From Geobacteraceae bacterium (GTDB taxonomy: Bacteria > Desulfobacterota > Desulfuromonadia > Geobacterales > Geobacteraceae): DNA of 64,000 nt. The notes below the pieces were generated by a model, which saw only the letters and a list, made by a program, of their open reading frames with translations, was not told the origin of the DNA and made no database searches. Position numbers and translations under genes: made by a program. Of the stretch, positions 8,142 to 20,859 are shown one piece after another. Position 1 is the stretch's first letter. Every line of letters starts with the position of its first letter. The stretch spans positions 196 to 64,195 of the forward strand of contig JAYFNT010000030.1 in the NCBI GenBank assembly GCA_034933285.1. The letters run 5' to 3'.

Positions 8142-9578
8142 TTATCGTCCCTTTTCCACCAGCGCCACATTTTCCACATGGATCGTCTGGGGAAACATGT
8201 CCACCGGCTGAACCGCGTGGGTAACGTAGCCGAGTCCCGAAAGGATGTTCAGGTCCCTGACAAGTGTTTGAGGCGAGCAGGATACGTAGATGATCCGTTT
8301 CGGATCGAGGCCTGCGGCGCTTTTCAGCACTTCCTCGTCGCATCCCTTGCGCGGCGGGTTCAGGACCACCAAGTCCACTTTTACGCATTCTTCATGCAGT
8401 TCCGAGAGAAGTTCCGCCGCATCGCCCGCCTCGAAACGACAGTTCCTGAGCCCGTTCAGCCGGGCGTTTTTTTCCGCATCGGCCACGGCGGCGTCCACCG
8501 ATTCGAAGCCGATGACCTCCCGCGCGCCGGAAGCGAGATACAATGAAATGCCACCAACCCCGCAGTAAACATCCACGACAGTTTCACTGCCCGTCAGTTC
8601 CGCCCACTCCCTCACTTGCCCGTAAATAGTCCGCGCGCCGTCATTGTTCACCTGGAAGAACGACCTGGGCGAGATGGAGAAGCGAACATCGCCCACGGCT
8701 TCGGCAAGGGTCTGCTGTTTCGTGACGAAGTAGTCGCGGTCTCCCATGATGATGTTGCCGGCCGAGCTGTTGACGTTCTGGCAGACCACCGCCACTTCCG
8801 GAGCTTGTGCCTGCAGGTGCTTGGCCAGGTGGTGGATCTCGTTGTAGCTCCGCTCGCTGGTGACGAAAACCACCATAGCGCGGTTTTCAAGCTCCGAGAC
8901 CCTTACCGCCAGGTAACGGAGCAGGCCGTTGCGGGTTTTCGGGTTGTATATGGGCACTTTTCCCTTGATGATCCCTTCGCGGACAGCCAAGGCAATGCGG
9001 TTGATCAGGGGATGATGGAGGGGGCAGTCGGCGATGTCCATGACCTGGTGGCTGTTGCGGCGGTAGATGCCGATGACCGGGGATGCGAACCTGCCCGATA
9101 TTACCAGCTTGGCTGTGTTGCGGTAGCCGAGGGGCTTTGCCGAAGGTGCAACCGGCCCGACTTCAACACCGCGAAGAGAAGGGAAGCGTTTGATGGCGCT
9201 TTCCACCTGTTGTCTTTTCCAGTCCAGCTGGGCACGGTACTTCATGTGGATGAGAGGACATCCCTCGCAGGCGTTTCCCAGTCCGCAGGGAATCTGCGCC
9301 AGGCGGTCAGGCGAGTGCCGGAGGATCTTCAGGGTTTCGGCAAAAGTGTCCCGCTGGCCGGAAAAGGTGACTCTGGTCCGCACAGTTTCGCCCGGCAGCA
9401 CACCGGCGACCCTGACCCTTGACGTCTCATGCACCGAAAGGCCGTAGCCCTCTTCGTCAAGGGTGGTTATTGCGAGGTCGAGAACCTGGCCGACTTTCGG
9501 CTTCAGTTTCGACAAAGATGCGGTTCCGGATTTTTTCCGCTCAGTGTCATTTCGTTTTGGTATCTTTTTTTCTTTCAT
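8142..9578 (-). CDS. rlmD: 23S rRNA (uracil-C5)-methyltransferase RlmD/RumA family
   Basis: TRAM-like N-terminus, Cys cluster CGLGNACEGCPL for the 4Fe-4S centre, SAM motif VVDVYCGVGGISL and catalytic ...YVSCSPQTL. The start is uncertain (9578 ATG or 9620 TTG). Confidence 0.85.
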   Translation of the reverse strand: MKEKKIPKRNDTERKKSGTASLSKLKPKVGQVLDLAITTLDEEGYGLSVHETSRVRVAGVLPGETVRTRVTFSGQRDTFAETLKILRHSPDRLAQIPCGLGNACEGCPLIHMKYRAQLDWKRQQVESAIKRFPSLRGVEVGPVAPSAKPLGYRNTAKLVISGRFASPVIGIYRRNSHQVMDIADCPLHHPLINRIALAVREGIIKGKVPIYNPKTRNGLLRYLAVRVSELENRAMVVFVTSERSYNEIHHLAKHLQAQAPEVAVVCQNVNSSAGNIIMGDRDYFVTKQQTLAEAVGDVRFSISPRSFFQVNNDGARTIYGQVREWAELTGSETVVDVYCGVGGISLYLASGAREVIGFESVDAAVADAEKNARLNGLRNCRFEAGDAAELLSELHEECVKVDLVVLNPPRKGCDEEVLKSAAGLDPKRIIYVSCSPQTLVRDLNILSGLGYVTHAVQPVDMFPQTIHVENVALVEKGR

Positions 9579-9669
9579 GTGTACTACTAGAAAGGAAAAG
9601 GAGGTTTTTGTCAAATTCAAAATCCCCCCCGCCCCCCTTTGGCAAAGTGGGGAGAATCTTGATTTACGA

Positions 9670-9702
9670 AGACCTGCCAGGTTTTCAAAACCTGGCAGGT
9701 CT
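9670..9702. repeat. 33-nt perfect palindrome, copy 1 (AGACCTGCCAGGTTTTCAAAACCTGGCAGGTCT)
   Basis: 16-bp arms around a single central C. A near-identical 34-nt copy is at 45805-45838. Confidence 0.9.
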
Positions 9703-9809
9703 CAGAAGCTTAACCTATAATACTTTCCCCTTTAAGAAACGGTGACAGTGGGGAAATTACGGACCGTCTTCCTTGATTTTTCCGCATACTTTCGTTATTA
9801 TACTTCGTT

Positions 9810-10871
9810 ATGAAAAAAACGACCAAACAGATCCGGATCGGTAGCGTAGCCGTCGGCGGCGGGGCGCCCTGCTCGGTCCAGTCCATGTGCAGCACCGACA
9901 CCCGTGACGTGGCCGCCACCACGGCCCAGATCGCGCGCCTTTCCGAGGCAGGTTGCGAACTGGTGCGCTGCGCGGTTCTGGACATGCAGGCCGCGGAGGC
10001 TCTCGGCGCCATCAAGGCGAACTGCCCGATCCCGCTTATCGCCGACATCCATTTCGATTACAAGCTTGCCCTGAAGGCCCTGGAAATTGGAGTTGACGGC
10101 TTGCGCATCAATCCGGGCAACATCGGCGAGCGCTGGAAGGTGGCCGAGGTGGTATCTGCCGCATCTGAGCGCCGGGTCCCGATCCGCATCGGGGTCAACG
10201 CCGGTTCCCTGGAAAAGGAACTCCTTGAAAGGTACGGCCACCCCACAGCCGAGGCCATGGTGGAGTCTGCTCTTGGGCATGTGGCGATCCTTGAAGAACT
10301 GGGCTACGACCAGATCAAGATTTCCCTGAAGGCATCGGATGTCATGAAGACAGTGGAGGCCTATCGGTTGCTGTCGCAACGGGTGGATTATCCGCTTCAC
10401 ATAGGCATTACCGAGGCGGGCACCACGTTTTCCGGCACCATAAAGTCCTCGGTCGGACTCGGCATTCTCCTGGCAGACGGAATCGGAGACACCCTGCGGG
10501 TGTCCCTGACCGGAGATCCGGTGGACGAAATCCGGGTCGGTTTCGGCATCCTCAAGGCTCTCGGCCTTCGGCAGCGCGGCATCAACCTGGTTTCCTGCCC
10601 CACCTGCGGCCGCTGCCAGATCGACCTGATACCTGTGGCCGAAGAGGTGGAGCGGCGCCTGCAGAGGATCGTCAAGCCCATCAAGGTCGCGGTCATGGGG
10701 TGCGTGGTGAACGGCCCCGGCGAGGCCCGGGAGGCTGATGTGGGAATAGCCGGCGGCAAGGGCGAAGGGTTGCTGTTCCGTCACGGAGAGGTAATCCGCA
10801 AGGTTCCGGAAAGGGAGCTGGCCGACGCCCTGGTGGAAGAAGTGGAAAAAATGGCGGAGGAACCGCTGTAG
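9810..10871 (+). CDS. ispG: 4-hydroxy-3-methylbut-2-en-1-yl diphosphate synthase
   Basis: 353 aa. Typical IspG/GcpE sequence ([32 protein letters not shown]) with the C-terminal Fe-S cysteines. Confidence 0.95.
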   Translation: MKKTTKQIRIGSVAVGGGAPCSVQSMCSTDTRDVAATTAQIARLSEAGCELVRCAVLDMQAAEALGAIKANCPIPLIADIHFDYKLALKALEIGVDGLRINPGNIGERWKVAEVVSAASERRVPIRIGVNAGSLEKELLERYGHPTAEAMVESALGHVAILEELGYDQIKISLKASDVMKTVEAYRLLSQRVDYPLHIGITEAGTTFSGTIKSSVGLGILLADGIGDTLRVSLTGDPVDEIRVGFGILKALGLRQRGINLVSCPTCGRCQIDLIPVAEEVERRLQRIVKPIKVAVMGCVVNGPGEAREADVGIAGGKGEGLLFRHGEVIRKVPERELADALVEEVEKMAEEPL

Positions 10872-10990
10872 GGGCGGGTCTCCAACCCGCCCTCGGTGTG
10901 TTTTGCCCACATCATGATATTTCAAGAAACGTAGGGGCAACCCCCCGTGGTTGCCCTTTCATTGGGCAGGCACAGGGGCCTGCCCCTACA
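10869..10990. repeat. GC-rich REP-like hairpins starting with GTAGGGGC
   Basis: GTAGGGGCGGGT-CTCCA-ACCCGCCC (10869-10892), and GTAGGGGCAACC..GGTTGCCC plus GGGCAGGC..GCCTGCCCCTAC (10931-10989). Related copies are at 27546-27571 and 32111-32140. Confidence 0.7.
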
Positions 10991-11014
10991 ATTATTGCAA
11001 AGGAAGCATACACC

Positions 11015-12732
<1,718 letters not shown>

Positions 12733-12736
<4 letters not shown>

Positions 12737-12787
12737 GCGATAGGCGATGGGCGATAGGTCATAACCTAAAACTTAAAACTTAAAACC
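12733..12787. repeat. heptanucleotide tandem arrays (GGCRATR x4 then AAAACTT x3)
   Basis: GGCAATA GGCGATA GGCGATG GGCGATA GG..., then CCTAAAACTTAAAACTTAAAAC. The latter 22-mer is repeated exactly at 21489-21510. The array overlaps the proS stop codon. Confidence 0.85.
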
Positions 12788-12817
12788 TATACCCACCGCC
12801 TTGTGCCAGGATTTTAT

Positions 12818-13543
12818 ATGACCCGAGATGAAGCACGTTCCAAAATAATATTCGCTCTTGACGTGGATTCCTTCAATGCCGCCAAGCACTGGGTTTCCCG
12901 GCTTTCCGGCAAGGTGGGTATGTTCAAGGTCGGCAAGCAGCTCTTTACCGCCTACGGTCCCGACATCGTCCGTATGATCGAGAACTTCGGCGCCGGGGTG
13001 TTTTTGGACCTGAAGTACCACGACATCCCCAACACGGTTGCAATGGCTTCACGTGAAGCTGCACGGTTGCGGGTAAAGCTTTTCAACCTCCATGCCCTGG
13101 GCGGCTACGACATGATGGCCCGGACCATGGAGGCAATCCACGAGGAATTCCCCGAAGCTGACCGTCCCAGGGTGCTGGCGGTTACCATCCTGACCTCTTC
13201 CACCGAAGAGACCCTGCGCGGGGTAGGAATCGAGCGCTCTGTCGAGGAAATGGTGGTGCGTCTTGCTCTTCTGGCGAAAAAGGCGGGCGTCGACGGTGTT
13301 GTGGCTTCCCCCCGCGAAGTGCCGCTGATCCGCGCGGCGTGCGGGAAGAATTTCCTCATCGTCACCCCTGGTGTCCGGCCTTCCTTTGCCTCTGCCGACG
13401 ACCAGAAACGGATCATGACCCCGGCCGAGGCAGTGGCTTCGGGCTCGGATTTCCTGGTTATCGGCCGTCCCATCAGCGCGGCGCCTGACCCGATGGTTGC
13501 GGTCGAGATGATCGTGGACGAGATAACTGCCACAAAATCCTGA
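12818..13543 (+). CDS. pyrF: orotidine 5'-phosphate decarboxylase
   Basis: Typical PyrF N-terminus (IIFALDV...KVG) with DLKYHDIPNTV and the catalytic Lys context. ATG 12818 has an AGGA 6 nt upstream. GTG 12803 is an alternative start. Confidence 0.9.
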   Translation: MTRDEARSKIIFALDVDSFNAAKHWVSRLSGKVGMFKVGKQLFTAYGPDIVRMIENFGAGVFLDLKYHDIPNTVAMASREAARLRVKLFNLHALGGYDMMARTMEAIHEEFPEADRPRVLAVTILTSSTEETLRGVGIERSVEEMVVRLALLAKKAGVDGVVASPREVPLIRAACGKNFLIVTPGVRPSFASADDQKRIMTPAEAVASGSDFLVIGRPISAAPDPMVAVEMIVDEITATKS

Positions 13544-13601
13544 AAACTGTATTCAAAGGGATGTACGGGACATAGCGGACTCCGGTTCCTGAAAGGAAAC
13601 A

Positions 13602-14345
13602 ATGAAAGAGGAGATCATCTACGGGCTCAACCCAGTGCTGGAAGCCCTTCGGGGAACGCGAAAGGTTTTCGAGCTGTTCATTGCCGGGACCGGCACTGAC
13701 AAGAGGCTGGAAAAGCTTCTGAAGCTGGCCGGAGACAAGGGAGTGCCGGTAAGGAACCGGGAACGGTCGGACATTGCCCGGCTCTGCGGCAGCGACCACC
13801 ATCAGGGCGTGGCGCTCCGGGCCGAAGCATTTGCTTACGCTGATCTGGAAGACATCCTGGTACGATGCCGGGCATTTCCGGGGGACGGACTGCTGCTGGT
13901 GCTGGACGGCGTTCAGGATCCTCACAACCTGGGCGCGCTGATCCGCAGCGCTGCCTGCGCAGGAGCTCACGGGGTGATCATTCCCAAGGACAGGGCCGTC
14001 GGGGTGACTCCCACGGTGGAAAAGGCATCGGCCGGCGCAGTGGAAACGATCCCTGTTGCCCAGGTGGTGAACATCGCCCAGGCGCTGGAGGAGCTCAAGA
14101 AAGAAGGATTCTGGATATACGGGGCCACGGACAATGCTTCGTCCATTCTCTACGGACAGAGATTTTCCGGTTCGGTCGCCCTGGTCATCGGCAGCGAGGG
14201 TGAAGGCATGCGGCCGCTGGTGCGGAAGAAATGCGACGCCCTGTTTTCCATCCCCATGCATGGCGGAGTGAGTTCGCTGAATGCCTCGGTTGCGGGAGGA
14301 GTGGCGCTGTTCGAGATTGTGAGGCAGAGATTGTCAGCACATTAA
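13602..14345 (+). CDS. rlmB: 23S rRNA (guanosine-2'-O)-methyltransferase, SpoU/TrmH family
   Basis: 247 aa. SpoU substrate-binding N-domain plus the LVLDGVQDPHNLGALIRSA and ALVIGSEGEGMR...IPM.G...SLN motifs. Confidence 0.9.
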   Translation: MKEEIIYGLNPVLEALRGTRKVFELFIAGTGTDKRLEKLLKLAGDKGVPVRNRERSDIARLCGSDHHQGVALRAEAFAYADLEDILVRCRAFPGDGLLLVLDGVQDPHNLGALIRSAACAGAHGVIIPKDRAVGVTPTVEKASAGAVETIPVAQVVNIAQALEELKKEGFWIYGATDNASSILYGQRFSGSVALVIGSEGEGMRPLVRKKCDALFSIPMHGGVSSLNASVAGGVALFEIVRQRLSAH

Positions 14346-14385
14346 CGGATAGCGGACACTGCGTCAACCATACAGCCATGACGAG

Positions 14386-14420
14386 AAAGCCGGTTCCCAT
14401 AATGGGACTCGGCTTTTTTC
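14386..14420 (+). terminator. intrinsic terminator after rlmB
   Basis: AAGCCGGTTCCCA-TAA-TGGGACTCGGCTT followed by TTTTT. Confidence 0.75.
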
Positions 14421-14492
14421 GTCAAGCTCGGGCAGACTGACAGCTTATCCATCATACCGCAACGGCCATATCCGGCATGGGAAAGCAGCTGG

Positions 14493-14804
14493 TCAGGAAT
14501 GGGGACAACTTGTTGTCAGGCTGTAAATGGCGTGATTGATGAGCCTGGAAATCTTTGACTGCTTCAGGTTCAACACCATGCCTATTTCGTTGAAATCAAG
14601 TTCTTCGTAAAAATGCAGCGAAAGCACGAGACGCTCAATTTCGGGCAGGTTTTCGATGGCTCTGCCCAGTTCAACGGGATCCTTTGCCGCAAGCGAGAGA
14701 CCGGGATCTGCTGCGGCAGCGCGGGTGATGTTCAGCTGGGGCTTCCCGATTGAAAGACCGACCGGATTGCCAATGGATTGATTCACTGCTGATATGGTTT
14801 CCAT
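14493..14804 (-). CDS. stand-alone sigma-70 region-4-like (FliA/sigma-28-type) HTH protein
   Basis: 103 aa. The C-terminal 55 aa, LPEIERLVLSLHFYEELDFNEIGMVLNLKQSKISRLINHAIYSL, match region 4.1/4.2 of FliA-type sigma factors. No regions 2 or 3 are found in any frame upstream. Confidence 0.5.
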   Translation of the reverse strand: METISAVNQSIGNPVGLSIGKPQLNITRAAAADPGLSLAAKDPVELGRAIENLPEIERLVLSLHFYEELDFNEIGMVLNLKQSKISRLINHAIYSLTTSCPHS

Positions 14805-15240
14805 AGTTGTTTCCTCTTTGCATCAATTGCGCGTTTATTTCCGCAGTATCTGGATCATTCTTCGGACTAACTTTGTTTGAGCAGCTGTGCAAAAGTTGAA
14901 CTTTACCGACCGCAACGATCGTTTATCGGCCCGGTCTTTCAATATGTCTGACTGCTTTTCAACTTATTGAGATCTGGAGTGTTTCCATTCGGCTTCTTTC
15001 TTTCGGGCTACGCTTCCGGGTCGATTCATGTCCTCTATGGCATCTTAATAGCAAGTTCTCTACCAACTTTGAAGGAATTTTGCACACAAATTTACGGGAA
15101 AGTGATTCCCGCATTGGTGGTCGTTTCTTTTTAGTTGGAATCCTGACGGGTTATCGCTTGCGTGATAGAATGTAGTCAATACCGTTTCGTGTTCAATTCC
15201 AAGGCTTGTCCAGTGTGCAGTCGACAAAGGAGGGAGTGCA

Positions 15241-16452
15241 ATGAATGATTTACTGGGGATTGTCCTGGCGGGTGGCGCCGGAGAACGTCTGAAGCCCCTC
15301 ACCGCGGTTCGTGCCAAGCCGGCGGTTCCTTTTGGCGGCAAATACCGGATCATCGATTTTGTCCTGAACAGCATGATCAACTCCGGCATCAGGAACATAA
15401 AGCTTCTGGTGCAGACACTGTCGCAGCCGCTCATCGTTCACGTGAGCACCATGTGGCCGTCGGCGCCGGTTTACAATTACTTTGTCCAATGCATACCCGC
15501 GCAGAAGCGGATGGGTGAACAGTGGTACAAGAGCACTGCTGACGCTGTCTATCAGAATCTGAACATCTTCATGGACAACCCATGCTTCAAGAGGGCGGCG
15601 ATCTTTTCCGGCGATCACATCTTCAAGGTGGACGCAAGCCAGATCGACAGCTTCCACAGGGCAAAGGGGGCCGATTTCACCATCTCCGCCATGGTGATAA
15701 AAAAGGAAGATGCCAGCCGTTTCGGTATCATCGAGGTGGATCAGCACGGCAGGGTGATCGGGTTCGAGGAAAAACCGGAGAATCCCAGGGAGATGCCTGA
15801 CATGCCAGGGTTCTGTCTGACTTCCATGGGGAATTACATTGCCAATATTCCTTCGCTGATCGAGATGGTGAGCGAGGATGCCGGCGTGGAGAAATCGTCC
15901 CACGATTTCGGCAAGGATATCATACCGTTAATGCTGAAAAAGGGACTCAAGGTGTTTGCCTATGATTTCAGCGAAAACTATGTTCCCGGCGAGGATCACA
16001 TCTACTGGCGCGATGTGGGCACCATCAAGTCCTACTGGGAAGCCAACATGGACCTGGTGAGCATCAAGCCGGAGCTGAACCTTTACAACCATTTGTGGCC
16101 GGTCAAGACGTCGCCCGACTTCGCCCCCCCGGCGAAACTGGTGATGAGGCAATCGCTCATAGACAATGCCATAATCAGTGGCGGGTGCATAATCACCCAG
16201 GCAGAGATCAGCAACTCGGTGCTCAGCCAGAGTGTGCGCGTTGAAAAAAAATCGCTGGTCAGTGAGAGCATCATTTTCGCAGGCGTTACCATCAGTGAGG
16301 GAGCCCAGGTGCGCAAAGCCATAATCGACAAGAACGTTCTCGTTCCCCCCAATACCCGCATCGGATTTTCCAAGGAAGAAGACGAGGCGCGGGGATTCAG
16401 GGTTTCCGACGGGATCACCGTCGTGCCCAAGAGCTACATTTTCCCCGCATGA
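15241..16452 (+). CDS. glgC: glucose-1-phosphate adenylyltransferase
   Basis: 403 aa. The N-terminal signature LAGGAGERLKPLT..RAKPAVPFGGKYRIIDF and a C-terminal left-handed beta-helix region. Confidence 0.9.
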   Translation: MNDLLGIVLAGGAGERLKPLTAVRAKPAVPFGGKYRIIDFVLNSMINSGIRNIKLLVQTLSQPLIVHVSTMWPSAPVYNYFVQCIPAQKRMGEQWYKSTADAVYQNLNIFMDNPCFKRAAIFSGDHIFKVDASQIDSFHRAKGADFTISAMVIKKEDASRFGIIEVDQHGRVIGFEEKPENPREMPDMPGFCLTSMGNYIANIPSLIEMVSEDAGVEKSSHDFGKDIIPLMLKKGLKVFAYDFSENYVPGEDHIYWRDVGTIKSYWEANMDLVSIKPELNLYNHLWPVKTSPDFAPPAKLVMRQSLIDNAIISGGCIITQAEISNSVLSQSVRVEKKSLVSESIIFAGVTISEGAQVRKAIIDKNVLVPPNTRIGFSKEEDEARGFRVSDGITVVPKSYIFPA

Positions 16453-16461
16453 CATAAAAGC

Positions 16462-16500
16462 AAAAAGGGGATGGTCCATTGAAGAACCATCCCCTTTGTT
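16462..16500. terminator. bidirectional intrinsic terminator
   Basis: AAAGGGGATGGT-CCATTGAAGA-ACCATCCCCTTT flanked by A-run and T-run. It sits between the convergent glgC and the ferritin-like gene. Confidence 0.8.
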
Positions 16501-16559
16501 CATTGCCATTTCATTCGGCTGTTGGGACAGATCGCAAGATCTGCCAATGTGGCTGTGAA

Positions 16560-17012
16560 CTACCAGACTTCAACATATGCCATATCGCTGTAAATTCCCT
16601 CAAGCCTGACTTTGTGGCCCTGCTCCATGCGGGAAAGCTGCCCGAACATTTCCTTCTGTTCCTTGTCGGCACTGGCCTTGGCCAGTTCTGCGTACATTAC
16701 CATTGCCTCTTCTTCGTTCTTCATGGCCAGCGCCATGGCGTCAGCCGGTTTCATGGCTATGCTGAGCGCAGGCTTGCCTACGGTTTCGGCAATCTTGTAG
16801 TCCGCATTCTCATCGAATTTCATGGGTTTTGCCTGGGTGAGAAGACCCTGCAGGAAATCCTGGTGCTTCTTTTCCTCGTCAGCCAGATCCTTGAAAATGG
16901 ACTTCAGATTGGCGTTTTCCAGCTTTTCGCCTGCGGCCTTGTAGAAGTTGTAAGCTTCGATTTCATTTCCGACTGCCATTGATATAACTTTTTTGTAATC
17001 TTCTGCGTTCAT
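16560..17012 (-). CDS. ferritin-like / rubrerythrin-family protein without a rubredoxin domain
   Basis: ATG 17012 follows AAAGGGGA. Two ExxH-type di-iron half sites (NEIEAYNFY...EEKKHQDF and NEEEAMVMY...MEQGHKVRL). Confidence 0.75.
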   Translation of the reverse strand: MNAEDYKKVISMAVGNEIEAYNFYKAAGEKLENANLKSIFKDLADEEKKHQDFLQGLLTQAKPMKFDENADYKIAETVGKPALSIAMKPADAMALAMKNEEEAMVMYAELAKASADKEQKEMFGQLSRMEQGHKVRLEGIYSDMAYVEVW

Positions 17013-17122
17013 TGCATCCCCTTTCTTCCCGAGAAATTTATTGCCATAAGCAAACAAATGATATCACACAGTACCAATATGGGTATGTTATGTCAATATA
17101 TTGGAATAGATTTTGCCGGTAT

Positions 17123-19075
17123 TCACTCCCTGCCCACCAGGTTTTCCCCTTCAGCCACCATAAGTTCGCTGATGAGCCGGGTGAAACGCAGGGGGTCTCT
17201 TACCGGCGTCCCTTCCGTGAGCAGTGCCTGGTCGTAGAGGAGTTCGCAGTAGTCGTCCAGCTTTTTGTTCCCTTTGTCCTTGTCGAACAGTTTCTGCATG
17301 ATCAGGGTGATGGGGTGCCCCGGGTTCAACTCCAGGATGCGCTTGGATTCCGGAACGTCCTGGTTCATCGCCTTGAGGATCCGCTCCATGTTCGCGTTCA
17401 TGCCGTATTCGTCGGCCACCAGGCAGCAGGCGCTGTCGGTGAGGCGGCCGGAAAGACGCACTTCCTTGACGCGGTCATCCAGTTTTTCCTTGATAAAGCC
17501 CAGGAGATCGCCAAACTGCTTTTCCGCTTCCTTCTTCTCTTCCTCGTGCTGTTTTTTTTCCTCTTCGGTCTCGATCTCCAGTTCCCCCTGGAGCACCGAT
17601 TTCAGTTTTTTCCCGTCATATTCCGTCAGGCTCTGGACCAGCCATTCATCGATGGGATCGGTGAGGTACAGGACTTCGTACTCTTTCTTCCGGCAAATCT
17701 CCAGATGGGGCGAGTTTTCCACCACTGCCCGGCTGTTGCCGGTTATGTAATAGATTTCCTTCTGTCCCTCGGGCATACGCTCCAAATACTCCTTCAATGA
17801 GACGTATGCGCCCGGGTCGGTCCTGGTGCTCTCGAACAGGACCAGCTCCTGCAGTTTTTCACGGTTGGCATGGTCGAAGTGGATGCCTTCCTTCAGCACC
17901 GGCCCGAACTCCTTGTAGAATTTCAGATAATCCTCCGGCTCTTTGTCCTTCATTTCGGCCAGCGTGCCGAGGATCTTGCCCACCAGGTTCTTCTGGATCC
18001 TGCGGATCTGGACGTCTTCCTGGAGGATTTCGCGGGAAACGTTCAGGGGCAGGTCGCTGGAGTCGACCACACCCTTGACGAAGCGGAGGTAGTCCGGGAG
18101 GAGGTGCTCGCACTTGTCGGTGATGAAGACCCGCTTCACGTAAAGGTGGACGCTCTTGCGGTGCTCGGGCATGAACAGGTCGAAAGGCTTGTGCTCGGGG
18201 ATGTAGAGAAGCGCCTTGAATTCGCTGGTTCCCTCGGCTGAGTAATGAATCGTGCGGAGCGGTTTGCCGTAGTCATGGGAAATGTGATTGTAGAATTCGT
18301 GGTACTCTTCTTCGGTAATCTCGCTCTTCGGCCGCGCCCAGATGGCTTTCATGGAGTTGAGGGTCTCTTCCTCGGTCTTGCTGATCTTCTCCGCCCCTTC
18401 GATGGGCTTGCCGTCTATGCCGCGGGGATATTCCTCCCGGGTAATGTCCATGGTCACGGGGTACTGGACGTAATCCGAATATTTTTTCACGATGGAGCGG
18501 ATGTGCCACTCGTCGAGGAATTCCTTCATTTCGTCCTTGAGGTGCAGGATGACATCGGTGCCCCTGGTTTCCTTCTCGCATTCTTCTATGCTGTATGTGC
18601 CGTCGCCCACGGATTCCCATCGCGTAGCCAAGGCTTTGTCGCCTGCACGGCGGGTGACGAGGATAACCTTGTCGGCAGCCATGAAAGAGGCATAGAAGCC
18701 GACCCCGAACTGCCCGATCAGTTCCGGGTGGTCCTTGGCGCTCTGCTCCTTGAGATTCTGGAGAAACGCCTTGGTTCCGGACTGTGCGATGGTGCCGATA
18801 TTGTTTTCCACTTCTTCCATGGTCATGCCGATACCGTTGTCACGGATGGTCAGGGTACCTGCCTCCTTGTCCGGGATCAGCTTGATCTTCCAGTCGGGAT
18901 CGTTTTCAAGGATCGCCTTGTCGATGTGCGACTCGAAGCGTGCCTTGTCAACGGCATCCGATGCGTTGGAGATCAGCTCGCGGAGGAATATCTCCTTGTT
19001 GGAATAGAGGGAGTGGATCACCAGATCCAGGAGCTGCTGGACCTCGGTCCGGAAATGCTTAGTGGTCTTGGTCAT
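17123..19075 (-). CDS. htpG: molecular chaperone HtpG (Hsp90)
   Basis: 650 aa. The canonical HtpG N-terminus ([33 protein letters not shown]) and GHKL ATPase motifs. Confidence 0.95.
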   Translation of the reverse strand: MTKTTKHFRTEVQQLLDLVIHSLYSNKEIFLRELISNASDAVDKARFESHIDKAILENDPDWKIKLIPDKEAGTLTIRDNGIGMTMEEVENNIGTIAQSGTKAFLQNLKEQSAKDHPELIGQFGVGFYASFMAADKVILVTRRAGDKALATRWESVGDGTYSIEECEKETRGTDVILHLKDEMKEFLDEWHIRSIVKKYSDYVQYPVTMDITREEYPRGIDGKPIEGAEKISKTEEETLNSMKAIWARPKSEITEEEYHEFYNHISHDYGKPLRTIHYSAEGTSEFKALLYIPEHKPFDLFMPEHRKSVHLYVKRVFITDKCEHLLPDYLRFVKGVVDSSDLPLNVSREILQEDVQIRRIQKNLVGKILGTLAEMKDKEPEDYLKFYKEFGPVLKEGIHFDHANREKLQELVLFESTRTDPGAYVSLKEYLERMPEGQKEIYYITGNSRAVVENSPHLEICRKKEYEVLYLTDPIDEWLVQSLTEYDGKKLKSVLQGELEIETEEEKKQHEEEKKEAEKQFGDLLGFIKEKLDDRVKEVRLSGRLTDSACCLVADEYGMNANMERILKAMNQDVPESKRILELNPGHPITLIMQKLFDKDKGNKKLDDYCELLYDQALLTEGTPVRDPLRFTRLISELMVAEGENLVGRE

Positions 19076-19361
19076 TTGTGGTAGTTCTCCTCGTTCAGAT
19101 GTTCAATTTTGCGCAGATGTTTTCATCGTGAATTAAAATAATCATTTGGCTGCCCATTTGCAAGGGGCGCTGATGATTTTTCTTTCTGCTCCGGTTCGAG
19201 CTTTGTCTCGCAGATTTGAAAGCCGGGTTTCCAAAGATGCTCTACTGCCGCATCAAGTTGACACCGGATAACCGCTATGATAGGGTGAAAATTTAAATAT
19301 TTGCCCGACCGCACAGATGGGGATGCCCCTACCCAGCGCCTTTCAACACTCCGGAGACGTT

Positions 19362-20840
19362 ATGTATCAACCCGATTTTCCAACTTTCAGCCAACTTGCC
19401 GGCAGGGGCAACCTGATACCTGTCTACCGGGAAATCATGGCGGACATGGACACACCGGTCAGCGCTTTCAAGAAGATCGATGACGGCAGGTACTCCTTTC
19501 TGCTGGAGAGTATCGAGGGCGGGGAAAAATGGGCGAGATACAGTTTCCTCGGCTCCAATCCGGAGGTTATCATCCGTTCCAGGGGCAACAGGGTGGAAGT
19601 GCTTTCGGCGGACGGAGTGTCCCAATCCCGGGAGGTGGACGATCCGCTCGCTTTCGTCAAGGATTACCTTGCCCGATACGTACCAGTGGAAGTGGAAGGC
19701 CTGCCACGTTTTTTCGGCGGGGCGGTAGGATACGTCGGCTACGACATGGTGCGCTATTTCGAGCGGATTTCACTGGCAAAGCCGGTAGAACTGGAAGCCT
19801 TCGACAGCTATCTGGTCATAACGGATACCATCCTGGTTTTCGACACCATCAGGCAGAAGATAAAGGTCGTTTCCAACGCCCACCTGGATGAGGGGAAGGC
19901 TCCCGAGGAGGCTTACGAAGAGGCAAAGTCCAAGATCGACGCCATAATAGGAAAACTGCGGGCGCCCCTTTCCCTGCCCGCGCCCGCCCGTCCGGAAGTC
20001 AAGGCCGACTTCGTATCCAATGTCCTTCGGCAGGACTTCGAGGCCGCGGTTAAATCCGCCAAGGAGTACGTGAGATCCGGCGACGTGATACAGATTGTCT
20101 TGTCGCAGCGCTTTTCGGCTGATCTAACCGTTGATCCCTTTGACATCTACCGCTCTCTCCGCACGTTGAACCCCTCTCCCTACATGTTTTTCCTGCGGCT
20201 GGACGATACGCTGGTGGTGGGGGCTTCGCCCGAGGTCATGGTCCGCAAGGAGGGGGAGCAGGTGGAGCTCCGCCCCATCGCCGGCACCAGGCCGCGCGGC
20301 ATGTCGCGGGAAGACGACGAACGGCTGGAAACAGATTTGCTGGCAGATCCCAAGGAGCGTGCTGAACACGTCATGCTCGTCGACCTGGGGCGCAACGACC
20401 TGGGAAGGGTCTGCGACATCGGCACCGTTCGGGTTACCGAGCTGATGGTGGTGGAGCGCTATTCACACGTCATGCACATCGTCTCGAATGTCCAGGGAAA
20501 ACTTCTGGCGGGCAAGGATGCGTTTGACGTTCTCCGGGCCACTTTCCCAGCCGGGACGTTGTCCGGAGCGCCAAAGGTGCGGGCCATGGAGATCATCGAG
20601 GAGCTGGAGCCGGTGCGCAGGGAGATCTACGGCGGCGCGGTGGGGTATTTCTCTTTTTCCGGCAACATGGACATGGCCATCGCCATCCGCACCCTGGTGG
20701 TAAAGGACGGCAGGGTCTTCCTCCAGGCCGGAGCCGGAATCGTCGCCGATTCGGATCCGGCTGCCGAATACCAGGAGACCGTCAACAAGGCCAGGGCCGT
20801 GGTCAAGGCGATTGAGATGGCGGAACAGGGCCTGGATTAA
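19362..20840 (+). CDS. trpE: anthranilate synthase component I
   Basis: ORF 19317-20840. ATG 19362 follows GGAGA. TrpE motifs [16 protein letters not shown] and ...[18 protein letters not shown]...RG.YGGAVGY. Confidence 0.9.
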   Translation: MYQPDFPTFSQLAGRGNLIPVYREIMADMDTPVSAFKKIDDGRYSFLLESIEGGEKWARYSFLGSNPEVIIRSRGNRVEVLSADGVSQSREVDDPLAFVKDYLARYVPVEVEGLPRFFGGAVGYVGYDMVRYFERISLAKPVELEAFDSYLVITDTILVFDTIRQKIKVVSNAHLDEGKAPEEAYEEAKSKIDAIIGKLRAPLSLPAPARPEVKADFVSNVLRQDFEAAVKSAKEYVRSGDVIQIVLSQRFSADLTVDPFDIYRSLRTLNPSPYMFFLRLDDTLVVGASPEVMVRKEGEQVELRPIAGTRPRGMSREDDERLETDLLADPKERAEHVMLVDLGRNDLGRVCDIGTVRVTELMVVERYSHVMHIVSNVQGKLLAGKDAFDVLRATFPAGTLSGAPKVRAMEIIEELEPVRREIYGGAVGYFSFSGNMDMAIAIRTLVVKDGRVFLQAGAGIVADSDPAAEYQETVNKARAVVKAIEMAEQGLD

Positions 20841-20859
20841 ACAGGGTAATGGGGCGCAC

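Noticed and set aside
19076-19361. Search for a Trp-codon leader peptide/attenuator, a T-box or a sigma-32 promoter in the htpG-trpE divergent region.
   Set aside because: There is no tandem Trp codon ORF, no T-box specifier/antiterminator features, and only weak matches to the CTTGAAA/CCCCAT boxes.
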